Below the pieces are notes generated by a model. It searched no databases, was not told the origin of the DNA, and saw nothing but the letters and a program-made list of their open reading frames with translations. The translations under genes and the position numbers were made by a program. This document shows positions 28,930 through 38,532 of a stretch of DNA of 40,858 nt, piece by piece; the first letter of the stretch is position 1; every line of letters begins with the position of its first letter. The stretch lies in contig CAMAPH010000025.1 in the NCBI GenBank assembly GCA_945859975.1, positions 1-40,858 of the forward strand, written 5' to 3'. The stretch comes from Chthonomonas calidirosea (GTDB taxonomy: Bacteria > Armatimonadota > Fimbriimonadia > Fimbriimonadales > Fimbriimonadaceae).

Positions 28930-30108
28930 ATGCGCGGACAAAATGTGTTGATCCCAGCCCTCATTGCGGCAGTGATCATTGGATGTGGTGGAAGTGGCGG
29001 CGGTGGCGCAGCCGCAACGGGGCTAACCTCGACGACGGCAACGACCGCGACGACGGCTACCACGGCGACGACCGCAACCACGTCCACGACGTCGACCACC
29101 AGCTCAACTTCTGGCGGCCCCGGCGTTCTGCCAAAGAACCGAATCGTCTACGCCGAGCAGCAAACCGACGGAACTTCCCAGGTGCGCCACATCGGCCCAA
29201 GTGGAGAAACCGACACGCTCGCCCTGACGCTCGACGCAAACACCAGCGCATACGCCCTTAATCCCGTTGTCAGCAATCAGGTCTTCTTCGCCGCAGCCGC
29301 ATCGGCGGGCGGAAGCTACAAGCTGTACCGAAACACGACCCCGGTCATCGCTGGCGCAACCGCCATCAGCCCCGGCTCCTACTCGTTTATCGATGGTGTG
29401 CAGGTTTCCAACAACGGCGACTTCCTCATCTTCTCTGGCGACATCGGAGACGGTTCACTTCGCCTCTACTACGTCCAGCTCAAGCCGACCCTAGGCACAC
29501 CAACCCTGCTCGATATGGGCTCGTTCTTCCATATCGCAGGAACGAACGACAAGGTGGTCTATAGCAAGCCAGATGGCGGCGACGCGGACATCTACGTTAA
29601 GCCTCTACCTACCGGCACGGCCGTAAAGCTGACCGAAGACGCCGCCGAGGATGTCTACCCACAGTGGAGCAAAGACAACTCCAAAATCATCTTCTCCAGC
29701 AATCGCGGTGCCAGCCTGCTCGATCTTTACTCCATGAATGCTGACGGGACGGGCCAAACTCGCCTGACCGACACGGCCGACGACAGTGAGTTCGGCGGAT
29801 CGTTCAACAGCGCGATCGATGCCTTCGCTTACGGCGTCGCCTCAAACGATCCGGCAAACAGCGGACTTTATCGAATCACCGGCACCACCGCACGAGTTCA
29901 GCTCAAGGCCACGAACGGGATTCTCGGAACCTACTGGACCAGCACGGACGGAAAGCTCAATCAGCGCTTCCTCAAGCCGCTGAGCCCGGCAAACGCCCGA
30001 CTCCAGAAGCTGCTAAACCCCGGCAAGAAGGATCCACCGGCAGACGTAAAAGCTCCGGCCGACAAAGTGATCGACCCTAAAGTCTCCGATAAATCAGGCG
30101 ACCAGTAA
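28930..30108 (+). CDS. TolB-like beta-propeller lipoprotein with Thr-rich linker
   Basis: Lipobox IIGC, Gly run, (TTA)n linker, PD40-like YPQWSKD..IIFSSNR, YSMNADGTGQTRLT. Confidence 0.8.
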   Translation: MRGQNVLIPALIAAVIIGCGGSGGGGAAATGLTSTTATTATTATTATTATTSTTSTTSSTSGGPGVLPKNRIVYAEQQTDGTSQVRHIGPSGETDTLALTLDANTSAYALNPVVSNQVFFAAAASAGGSYKLYRNTTPVIAGATAISPGSYSFIDGVQVSNNGDFLIFSGDIGDGSLRLYYVQLKPTLGTPTLLDMGSFFHIAGTNDKVVYSKPDGGDADIYVKPLPTGTAVKLTEDAAEDVYPQWSKDNSKIIFSSNRGASLLDLYSMNADGTGQTRLTDTADDSEFGGSFNSAIDAFAYGVASNDPANSGLYRITGTTARVQLKATNGILGTYWTSTDGKLNQRFLKPLSPANARLQKLLNPGKKDPPADVKAPADKVIDPKVSDKSGDQ

Positions 30109-30846
30109 GGGAAGCAGTTCCGAAAGCGAGCCAATCTCTACGGTTGGCTCGGGCTTATCTGCCGGGCGACTTTCTGGCTCCGCGTGCTTAGCGCTGGGCG
30201 GAACGTCGCTCGGTCGTCGAATCCAAGCCGTCTTCCAGCCGTAGCGAATCGCGGGCTCGATATCGTGCCCGTAGCTGTTGCCAACCATCAAAATCTCTTC
30301 TCGCTCGCAGCCCGCGGCCGCGGTGGCTCGGTCGAAAACTCCGACCTTAGGCTTGCCCTCAAGCATCTCACCCTCGATCCAAACGTGATCAAGGAAGCCC
30401 TCAATGCCTAGCGTCGCGATCTCTTCGCGCTGAATATCCGCCGGCCCGTTCGTGATCAGCCCGATTCCAAACCGCTTCTTAAGCTCGGTTAAAACCGTAA
30501 TCGCATCGGGAAAAAGCTGCAGGTTCGCGTTCCGCTGGAACCGATAGTGATCCGCGAGCTTTTGGGTGATCTCGTCGTCTACGATCTCCATCCGTGCGAG
30601 CACCCGGCGCATGTGCTCTTTGCGCGTGACGTCGCCGCTAGCAAGATACTGCGGATACCACTCGGGCGTTTTGATCAGCGGCGCAAATTCGCGATAAGCC
30701 TCCGCCCAGTGAATTACCATCTCTTCCGGGGTAAATCCTTCTGGGCCGTGCAGTTCAAAAGTCGTACGTAGCGCCGCCTTGCTCGCATCCCAATAACCGC
30801 AAAGCGTGTCGTCGAGATCGAAATAAACGAACTTGATGCCTTGCAC
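30094..30846 (-). CDS. HAD-superfamily hydrolase
   Basis: FDLDDTL, ITNG, GKP, MVGNSYGHDI. Confidence 0.92.
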   Translation of the reverse strand: MQGIKFVYFDLDDTLCGYWDASKAALRTTFELHGPEGFTPEEMVIHWAEAYREFAPLIKTPEWYPQYLASGDVTRKEHMRRVLARMEIVDDEITQKLADHYRFQRNANLQLFPDAITVLTELKKRFGIGLITNGPADIQREEIATLGIEGFLDHVWIEGEMLEGKPKVGVFDRATAAAGCEREEILMVGNSYGHDIEPAIRYGWKTAWIRRPSDVPPSAKHAEPESRPADKPEPTVEIGSLSELLPLLVA

Positions 30847-31839
30847 TTACCGGAGCCCCATCGCTTCACGAACTTCGGCCATTGTTGCCGCCGCGACTTC
30901 CGTAGCTCGCCGTGCGCCGTCCTTCAGGATGTCCTCGATCGTGGCGTCATCCACCGCTTTCCGCCGCTCTCGCATTGGCCTAAGGTATTCGTTCACCACT
31001 TCGGTGCACTCCTTTTTGCTTTGCATACAGCCACGAACACCGTCGCGGTCTTCCTGCCATTGCTCTTCCCAGTTCGGCGAATAGAGCTTCAAATACTGGC
31101 AAACTGCGCAGCCTTCCGGAATCCCCGGATCGGTCTTCTTCAGCTTTGTTGGCGTGGTAAAGGCCTTCTTAATCTTTTCTGCCGTCTCGTCTTCCGAGTC
31201 GCTCAGATAGATGCAGTTGTCGTACGACTTGCTCATCTTTCGCATGTCCAACCCCGGCAGCTTTGCCCGATTTTCGTCCTCCGGAATCATGTACTTGTAC
31301 GGTTGAAAAACCTCTTTTCCGTACAGCCGATTGAACCGAATCGCGATGTCGTTTCCGATTTCGAGGTGCGGCGCTTGGTCTCGTCCGACCGGTACGCCGT
31401 ACGGCTTGTAAAGAAGAATGTCGACGGTTTGCAGAACCGGATAACCGAGCAACCCGTAAGGCTCTCGCTCCGCCGCGCCCATGTCGTCCTTCTTTTCCTT
31501 ATAGGTCGGCACTCGCTCCAGCCAGCCCAGCGGCGTCATCATGCTGAACAGCAAGTGGAGCTCCGAATGCTCGCGCACGTGTGATTGGATAAACACCACC
31601 GACTTCGATGGATCGATCCCCGCCGCGATGTAGTCCTTCGCAATCTCGCGGGCGTTATCGCTCACTTCGCGCGAGTTCTCGTACATCGTGGTCAGCGCGT
31701 GAAGGTCTGCGACCATGCAAAACATGTCGAATCCCTGCGCCTGCAGATCCACCCAGTTCCGCAACGCACCCTCATAGTTGCCAATGTGGAGTCGAGGATT
31801 CGTCGACCGCATTCCGCTGAGAATTCGTTTGTTTGTCAT
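30847..31839 (-). CDS. trpS: Tryptophan--tRNA ligase
   Basis: HIGN, GYPVLQ..DIL, VPVGRDQ, KMSKS. Confidence 0.96.
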   Translation of the reverse strand: MTNKRILSGMRSTNPRLHIGNYEGALRNWVDLQAQGFDMFCMVADLHALTTMYENSREVSDNAREIAKDYIAAGIDPSKSVVFIQSHVREHSELHLLFSMMTPLGWLERVPTYKEKKDDMGAAEREPYGLLGYPVLQTVDILLYKPYGVPVGRDQAPHLEIGNDIAIRFNRLYGKEVFQPYKYMIPEDENRAKLPGLDMRKMSKSYDNCIYLSDSEDETAEKIKKAFTTPTKLKKTDPGIPEGCAVCQYLKLYSPNWEEQWQEDRDGVRGCMQSKKECTEVVNEYLRPMRERRKAVDDATIEDILKDGARRATEVAAATMAEVREAMGLR

Positions 31840-32492
31840 TAAGAAAGTGCCTTGTCGCCGAGAAGTAGGCTAGTGAGGAAATCCGCAATCGGGCCCATGA
31901 TGATTCCAAGAATGGAACCACCTTGAACCGGAATCAAAACCAGAGCAAGAAAAACGAAACTTCCGATGCCGCGATTGAATTGGAACCACTGAGTTCGTAT
32001 CGGCTCTGGAAGAAACGCGCCAACAATCCAGTGCCCATCAAGGGGACCGAGCGGAATCATGTTAAACACGGCCAGCGATACGTTGACGATCACGCCAAGA
32101 AGTAAGAACGCCTTAAGTAGCGAATCCATTGGACCGGCCATGCTCAGCCCTCGATAAAGAACGGCATAAACGGCCGCCTGTAGTAAGTTACTGATCGGTC
32201 CGGCAATTGCGACAAGCAAGCTGTCCCATCGCGGGTTGTTCATCTTGTCGTGACGAACCATAACCGGCTTTCCCCAACCTAGGCCGTAACCCGACCAAGT
32301 CGTGATTGCCATAAACAGCGTCCCCATCGGGTCCAAGTGCGCAATCGGATTCAGGGTAACGCGACCCATCATTCGCGGAGTGGGGTCACCCGATAGGTCA
32401 GCAATGTAGGCGTGGGCGAACTCGTGTATTCCGATCGCCAGGATCAGAACCGCCATTGTGATCAGGAAAAGAACGATCGATCCGCCACCCAT
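31839..32492 (-). CDS. Site-2 protease family (M50) membrane metalloprotease
   Basis: HEFAH, GDPTP..GRVTLNP, AGPISN, FNMIPLGPLDG. Confidence 0.92.
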   Translation of the reverse strand: MGGGSIVLFLITMAVLILAIGIHEFAHAYIADLSGDPTPRMMGRVTLNPIAHLDPMGTLFMAITTWSGYGLGWGKPVMVRHDKMNNPRWDSLLVAIAGPISNLLQAAVYAVLYRGLSMAGPMDSLLKAFLLLGVIVNVSLAVFNMIPLGPLDGHWIVGAFLPEPIRTQWFQFNRGIGSFVFLALVLIPVQGGSILGIIMGPIADFLTSLLLGDKALS

Positions 32493-33829
32493 TACAAACC
32501 CTCCGGTAACTGTTCGCGCATAAGAACTTCTTCGTACGTTTCGCGCCTTTGCACAAGCGCAAAAGTGCCATCGGTCCTAACCAGAACCGAAGCAGGACGA
32601 GGATACCGGTTGTAGTTGCTCGCCATCGAAGCGTTGTAGGCCCCCGTGCAGCCGACCTGAATAAAGTCGCCGACTTGCACATCCGCCGGAAGCGCCACGT
32701 CTGGGAACAGCCGGTCGGTTTCGCAGTGCTTCCCGCTAATCGTCACGACTTGCTCCCGAGGAATTCCGAACGCCGCCCCCGGCCCGTCCACTTCGTAATC
32801 CCAAGTGCTTCGGTCCTCCGCCGGAACCAGTTCCACCGGATACTGGCTGCCATAGAGCGCCGGTCGCGGGTTATCGCTCAAGCCGCCATCGACGCAGACG
32901 TAGGTTCGCTGACCGTCCTTCGCCGGAACCTTCTTGATCACTCCAACCTGATAAAGCGTCACCCCGCTTTCGCCAACGCAAGACCGCCCTGGCTCCTGAG
33001 CCAGCGTCAGCTCCACGCCCTCCAGAACAGTGCCGCGAAAAGCCATGGTGACCGCTTCAACGATCAAGCGGCAGTAGTCCTCAACCGGCATCGGCACGTC
33101 TTCTTCCGTGTACCGAATCCCGAGCCCACCGCCAACGTTCAAGTAAGTCGCGACGAACCCGTGCCGCTCGGCAATCGCCACCGCAAACTGCGTGATCCCC
33201 TCGCCACCGGCTCGCTGCGCTTCCGGATCCAACAACTGAGACCCGACGTGGCAATGGAACCCAATCAAGTTCAAACCAAGGCTCAGCGCGAGCTTGGTCG
33301 CCTTCTCCGCGCTTCCGTCGCCAATATTGAAGCCAAATTTCGTGTCTGCTTGGCCGGTTGAGATCTTGGCGTGGGTCACCGGATCAACTCCGGGTGCGAG
33401 CCGTAGAACGCAGGGAACCGATGGATTCAACCGCGCAACCGTGGCAATCTCCGGCTCATTGTCCAAAACAATCATCCCGATTCCGGATGAAATCGCAAAA
33501 TCAAGCTCCCCAAGCTGCTTGTTGTTTCCGTGTAGGTGGCAATGGCTTGCCGGAACGCCCGCCGCCAGCGCCGCCGCCAACTCGCCGCCGCTCGCCACAT
33601 CAATCTGAAAACCTTCCTGGTATGCGATCCTCAGCACGGCAAGGGTCGAGTTTGCTTTCGAAGCGTAAGTGAGTTCGGCCCGCGGATAAACCGCCAAAAA
33701 CGCCGCTTGATAGCGCCGGAGACGCGCCCGCAGGTGCGCCTCGTCTAAAACGTAAAGTGGGGTGCCGAACTCCGCCGCCAGCGCCCGAACCTGCGCGGGA
33801 CTGAGACGCAGCCTCGCTTCAGATTCCAT
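32492..33829 (-). CDS. lysA: Diaminopimelate decarboxylase
   Basis: FGTPLYV, YASKA, KFG, HCHVGSQ, GGG, EPGRS, CE, GAY..SMASNYN. Confidence 0.96.
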   Translation of the reverse strand: MESEARLRLSPAQVRALAAEFGTPLYVLDEAHLRARLRRYQAAFLAVYPRAELTYASKANSTLAVLRIAYQEGFQIDVASGGELAAALAAGVPASHCHLHGNNKQLGELDFAISSGIGMIVLDNEPEIATVARLNPSVPCVLRLAPGVDPVTHAKISTGQADTKFGFNIGDGSAEKATKLALSLGLNLIGFHCHVGSQLLDPEAQRAGGEGITQFAVAIAERHGFVATYLNVGGGLGIRYTEEDVPMPVEDYCRLIVEAVTMAFRGTVLEGVELTLAQEPGRSCVGESGVTLYQVGVIKKVPAKDGQRTYVCVDGGLSDNPRPALYGSQYPVELVPAEDRSTWDYEVDGPGAAFGIPREQVVTISGKHCETDRLFPDVALPADVQVGDFIQVGCTGAYNASMASNYNRYPRPASVLVRTDGTFALVQRRETYEEVLMREQLPEGL

Positions 33830-33908
33830 TCGGAAAGTATGGCACCGTCCCTATTCCTGGGCCCTTTCCAACGCACACGGAGCGATCCGAAGTAAGATAT
33901 GCCGACGT

Positions 33909-35027
33909 ATGCGGAAGCGGGTAGTCGTCCTGGGTTCTACTGGAAGTATAGGGACCCAAACCCTGGACGTCATCGATCAAAACCCGGATTCGCTTGAAGT
34001 CGTTGGACTCGCTGCCGGATCAAACGAACCGCTCTTATTAGAGCAAGCCGCAAGGTTTGGCGTAAAGAACCTTGCCCTTCACAATCCAAGCCCAAGCGGA
34101 CTCCCGAGCGGCATGGATGCGATCCTAAACCTCGTTCGGCAAGAAGCCGTCGATGTCGTTGTCGTCTCCGTCGCCGGCGTCATCGGCTTGCTTCCCACCA
34201 TTGCCGCGATTGAAGCCGGGAAGCACATTGCCCTTGCCAGCAAAGAAGTCCTTGTTGCCGCCGGAGAGTTGGTCATGCCAATGCTAAAGCAGCACGGCGT
34301 CACCATAACCCCAATCGACAGCGAGCATAGTGCGCTGTTCCAATGCATGCAAGGCAGCCGACCCGACCAAGTCGAAGGGCTAATTCTCACCGCGAGCGGC
34401 GGCCCGTTCCGAGGGAAAAAGCGTGCCGATCTCCTCAACATCTCCGTTGAGCAAGCCCTAAATCACCCAACCTGGCGCATGGGCGGAAAAATCACCATCG
34501 ATAGCGCGACCCTCATGAACAAGGGCCTCGAAGTGATCGAAGCAAAATGGCTCTTCGATATGCGGCCCGACCAAATCGAAGTCGTCGTCCATCCCCAAAG
34601 CGTCGTCCACTCCATGGTCAAGTTCCGCGATGGCAGCGTGCTCGGACAAATGGGCTGGCCGGATATGCGGATGCCGATCCTTTACGCTCTGCAGTATCCA
34701 GAGCGTGTTCCGAACAACCTGAAGCCGTGGAACCCCGTCGACACCCCAACCCTCACCTTTGAGCCAGCCGACGATGAGACCTTTAGTTCGCTCCGTCTCG
34801 CGAAGCAAGCTCTAGAAGTTGGCGGCACCATGCCTTGTGCGCTTAACGCTGCGAACGAAGAAGCCGCGAACGCATTCCTGCGCGGCGAAATTGGATTCTT
34901 GGATATTCCCGAGGTCGTCGAAAGGACCATGGAGCAACACCGGCCAGAAGTCCCAACGTTAGAAAACATAACGCGCGTAGATCAGGAATCTCGTGAGTTT
35001 GCGCGTAAAGTACAAACGACCGTTTAA
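33909..35027 (+). CDS. dxr: 1-deoxy-D-xylulose-5-phosphate reductoisomerase
   Basis: LGSTGSIG, PIDSEH, LTASGGPF, MGGKITIDSATLMNKGLE, NAANE. Confidence 0.97.
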   Translation: MRKRVVVLGSTGSIGTQTLDVIDQNPDSLEVVGLAAGSNEPLLLEQAARFGVKNLALHNPSPSGLPSGMDAILNLVRQEAVDVVVVSVAGVIGLLPTIAAIEAGKHIALASKEVLVAAGELVMPMLKQHGVTITPIDSEHSALFQCMQGSRPDQVEGLILTASGGPFRGKKRADLLNISVEQALNHPTWRMGGKITIDSATLMNKGLEVIEAKWLFDMRPDQIEVVVHPQSVVHSMVKFRDGSVLGQMGWPDMRMPILYALQYPERVPNNLKPWNPVDTPTLTFEPADDETFSSLRLAKQALEVGGTMPCALNAANEEAANAFLRGEIGFLDIPEVVERTMEQHRPEVPTLENITRVDQESREFARKVQTTV

Positions 35028-35032
35028 CCCCC

Positions 35033-36337
35033 ATGCTTGCCATCCTGAATTACATCTCGTACGGCGTCGTGCTGATCATCATCCTGATGGTGCTCGTCGC
35101 CGCCCACGAATACGGTCACTACCTCTTCGCCCGAATCTTCAACATGGGCGTCGAAGAGTTTGCGATCGGAATGGGCAAGCCAAAGGTCGTCACCTACCTC
35201 CGAAAGCGGCACCAACTCCCGGTCTCCGCAAACGACGAACTGCCCGAAGGCGTTCAACCCGGCGATGAATTCGAACTCCAATCGCAAGGAATGTCGATGG
35301 AAGGCGGAACGGAGAAGCGCTTTGCCACGCTTAAGCGCACCGATAAAGGCCTCGCGTTGGAAGAAGTCACCGACTTCACCATTCGGCCCTATCCCGTCGG
35401 CGGCTTCGTCCGAATCAAGGGAATGATCCCCCAAGCCGATGGCGGAGAGACCCGCGTGCCCGGCGGCTTCTACAGCAAGCCTCCCCTCCAGCGGTTAATC
35501 GTGCTCTTCGCCGGACCCTTGTTCAGCATCATCACCGGCATCATTCTGCTAGTCCCGGTCTTCATGTTCGATGGAAAAGAAGAGCCGCTGAACAAGCCGA
35601 TTCTTGGCGCCGTTGAAGCCAAAACCCCGGCTGACGTCGCTGGCCTCAAACCCGGAGACCGCATCACGGCCATCGATGGTGCGCCGATCACAACCTTCTT
35701 CGAGATGATCCAAAAGGTGCGAACCAGCGCCGGAAAGGAACTCGTCTTCAGCATTGAACGCCAGGGCGTCGCGCTTGACCGAAAGGTCATGCCCGCTCAA
35801 GATGCCGCGCCAAGTCCTGTCCTCGGCCCTGATCTGCGCGACTCTGGCACCACCGCGATTCAGGGAAAAATTGGCGTTGCTTACAGCGTAGAGAAAGCCA
35901 AGCTATCGTTTGGTGACGCCTTGGCTACCGCAGTCGACACCCCGCGCCGAGCCATCTCCGGGATGGTCGTCACCTTCAGCAGCATCGCTGGTTTCGAGCG
36001 TTCCGTCGGCGGTCCCGGAACCATGTACAAACTGTCCGAGCAAGCGGTAAACCTCGGCTTCGCCAAGGTTGTTTCGCTCGCCGCCCTGCTCAGCATCTCC
36101 GTTGGAATCTTCAATCTGCTTCCGATCTATCCGCTCGATGGCGGGCAAATGGTCGTGGCGTTCGTGGAGATGCTGCGCGGCGGCAAGCGACTCAGCATGC
36201 GGCTCCAAGAGCTCATCGGCACCGTCGGCTTCGCCATGGTCCTCCTGCTCTTCGTAAGCGTGCTGATAGTCGATGTCAAACGCTGGATGCCCAAAGGCGA
36301 TCCCGGCCCGGCGCTGGTCGCACCGACGAAGAAGTAG
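35033..36337 (+). CDS. rseP: RIP metalloprotease RseP (M50 + PDZ)
   Basis: HEYGH, GGFVRIKG, PDZ AGLKPGDRI, NLLPIYPLDGG; canonical position after dxr. Confidence 0.92.
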   Translation: MLAILNYISYGVVLIIILMVLVAAHEYGHYLFARIFNMGVEEFAIGMGKPKVVTYLRKRHQLPVSANDELPEGVQPGDEFELQSQGMSMEGGTEKRFATLKRTDKGLALEEVTDFTIRPYPVGGFVRIKGMIPQADGGETRVPGGFYSKPPLQRLIVLFAGPLFSIITGIILLVPVFMFDGKEEPLNKPILGAVEAKTPADVAGLKPGDRITAIDGAPITTFFEMIQKVRTSAGKELVFSIERQGVALDRKVMPAQDAAPSPVLGPDLRDSGTTAIQGKIGVAYSVEKAKLSFGDALATAVDTPRRAISGMVVTFSSIAGFERSVGGPGTMYKLSEQAVNLGFAKVVSLAALLSISVGIFNLLPIYPLDGGQMVVAFVEMLRGGKRLSMRLQELIGTVGFAMVLLLFVSVLIVDVKRWMPKGDPGPALVAPTKK

Positions 36338-36352
36338 TCGGTAGGGAAGATC

Positions 36353-36682
36353 GTGAAGGCTTTGCTTACGGTCGATTTCAGTAGCGCCGGCCTGCTGATG
36401 GTGCTGGCCATCGCAATCATCTTGGTGATTGCGGACGTTTTTCTGATCGAGTTGCCCGCCAAACGTTGCCAATTTGTGGCTCCCTCAAGAGAGTACGTGG
36501 TCTTTCCAGCACTGGCTGCAATGGCTGTGGGTTACGGAGTTTTCGAACTGCGTTACGTTCTTTTCCGCGCCAAACAGCCGATGCTCGATTATTGGGTGCT
36601 CGGAATTTATTTAGCTATGATCACTATATTCGCGATCTCTCGACTACTGGTATTGAGGCGAACGTGCCTGATGGGTGGGTGA
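36353..36682 (+). CDS. Hypothetical membrane protein (about 3 TM)
   Basis: Three hydrophobic segments; AGGGAAG upstream of GTG. Confidence 0.55.
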   Translation: MKALLTVDFSSAGLLMVLAIAIILVIADVFLIELPAKRCQFVAPSREYVVFPALAAMAVGYGVFELRYVLFRAKQPMLDYWVLGIYLAMITIFAISRLLVLRRTCLMGG

Positions 36683-37076
36683 CGTGAGCTGGAATCTGCA
36701 GAGACAGAAAGTAAGCGTTCGCAGACTGTTCTCATAATTTCCGCGCTCAAGTTTTTCGGAGATTGGGAGCGATAATCGGGCACCTACAGTACTGCCCACG
36801 CACGACTTTTTCAGCGCATACGTGCGTGCACCCGAGCTGCGAATCGCGGGTACCGTCGTGGCAACGGTCTTGATTTTCAACAGGGGCGGTCTGCGAGCAA
36901 ATGTCGCCAGTAACCGAGAGCGTGAGATGGAATCGAAACCCTAAACTTTTCGCCTCAATCGCGGCCGAGATACTGCACGTTGCCGCAGAATCGGGTTGCT
37001 GCTGGCTTTGGGCTGGGAAGTTATGCCCTGCGAGTTTTGGCTTGCTCGTATCCGACGCTTCGATTACACTAACCTT

Positions 37077-37706
37077 ATGGTATTGCCGATCCTTGCCGCG
37101 ATTGTCTCGCTCGTTCAGACAACCGAGTCAGAACTCGTTATCAGCCGGACGTCCGTAACTTGGATTGACGCGATACCAGGCGATTCGGAAATGCGAACAA
37201 CCAAAGAGACCACGGTAACAAGGTTTTATTCCGATAAGTTCGTGTCGGAAACAAGATCAAATCAAAGTGAGGCGGTCAATTTTGTCGAAACTTCCTCAAC
37301 TGGAACCAAAGCTTGGTCCCTAGAAGGCGACGTAAAGAAGGCCGTTTTCGAATTACCCGGAAAGAAGTGGTCGTCGAAATATGAAGCTTCCAAGATCGTA
37401 TCCGAGCTAGTCTCGCATTTGAAGAACCCAAACGCGGCTTTTACTGCCGATGGAAACCAATGGTTTAAGACGAAAATCTCAACCAGAACGCAGGATCTGC
37501 CGCGCGTACCAGGGGTCAAATTTCCTTGGGAAAAAGTCCAAACATCCCGCCACGAACTATCCAGCGCGCTGCTAGAAGAAATTATCGGTGCGACCCAGAG
37601 CAGCATGATAGCCATCGAAAACGGCAACCTTGGGCAGACCATCTCCTTTACGGTGATGACGGACTTCCGCGTGACCGGGAAACTTGCCCCAAAGACCTGG
37701 AACTAA
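37077..37706 (+). CDS. Secreted hypothetical protein
   Basis: MVLPILAAIVSLVQ signal-like N-terminus; TACACT 6 nt before ATG. Confidence 0.6.
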   Translation: MVLPILAAIVSLVQTTESELVISRTSVTWIDAIPGDSEMRTTKETTVTRFYSDKFVSETRSNQSEAVNFVETSSTGTKAWSLEGDVKKAVFELPGKKWSSKYEASKIVSELVSHLKNPNAAFTADGNQWFKTKISTRTQDLPRVPGVKFPWEKVQTSRHELSSALLEEIIGATQSSMIAIENGNLGQTISFTVMTDFRVTGKLAPKTWN

Positions 37707-37785
37707 CGGCTGGTCTGACACCTGCGCGGATAGTCCGCAGGTTTCGGACCCGCCCAGCCAACCGGCCGGACGGGAAAAACCACCC

Positions 37786-38085
37786 TCACGTCGTCAGAAT
37801 CAGCACCTTCGCGACCGTCGTCCCGGCGAAACGCAGCGGCGTCACCTGCCGGACCAGCCACGACTTGCCGTCGTGAACCAAGCCCGACCCCACCGGGGTT
37901 GGGTCGTCGTAGGGAACATACAAGGCCCGAATCGGGCGCAAAACCGCGTCCGCCTCGTTTGTCGTCAGGAAGTCACGGTATCGACGCGAAGTAGCAATCA
38001 ATCCCTTGCGAGTCGCCCCCGAAACTACAAAGCTGTCGCCAAGGCGAAGAATCACCGCCCGAAAGCGTTGCTGCGCCGCCGTCAC
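37786..38085 (-). CDS. Putative phage head-closure (stopper)-like protein
   Basis: GTGA overlap with the upstream stop; about 99 aa beta-rich with DGKSWLVRQVTP; position after the adaptor. Function inferred from synteny. Confidence 0.55.
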   Translation of the reverse strand: MTAAQQRFRAVILRLGDSFVVSGATRKGLIATSRRYRDFLTTNEADAVLRPIRALYVPYDDPTPVGSGLVHDGKSWLVRQVTPLRFAGTTVAKVLILTT

Positions 38086-38468
38086 GTCGAGAGCACCCCG
38101 CCGCCTTGCGTCGCCGCGCCGGTGCGCCAAAACGGCATCATCCGCGCCATGCCCTGAGCCTTGAGACCGCTCGGATCAGCCAGGTCCCGAACCGGCGGAC
38201 GAAGTTCAAACCCGTCCACCGACACCGTATCCGCCGCCCCAACTTCGCGCAAGCGCTCCGCCAATGCCTCCCCGGCAATCCATTCCGTCGCGCCGAGATT
38301 GCAAATCGCGAGCACTCCGGAGTTGGAACCGCTCACTGCGGAAGGCTGCAAGCTCGCCTCCAGCGCCGGAAGTACCTCGTCAATCAGGGCCTGAAGCGCG
38401 GCGTCCTGGTCAGAACCAGAAACGCCGCACTTCGCCTTGATCCGGACTAGGCTGACGCTAAGCGCCAC
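38082..38468 (-). CDS. Putative phage head-tail connector/adaptor (gp6/gp15-like)
   Basis: N-terminal LVRIKAKCGV..DQDAALQALIDE pattern; immediately follows the major capsid gene. Confidence 0.65.
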   Translation of the reverse strand: MALSVSLVRIKAKCGVSGSDQDAALQALIDEVLPALEASLQPSAVSGSNSGVLAICNLGATEWIAGEALAERLREVGAADTVSVDGFELRPPVRDLADPSGLKAQGMARMMPFWRTGAATQGGGVLST

Positions 38469-38532
38469 GCCCGTTTCACCCGTTCAAGTGCAAGCACCAA
38501 CCAACGTCGAAGCTGCTCCTTCCAGCGCGCCA

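Noticed and set aside
36683..37070. Possible small gene or pseudogene in the gap after 36682
   Set aside because: Only short ORFs without recognisable motifs or start signals; cannot be supported.
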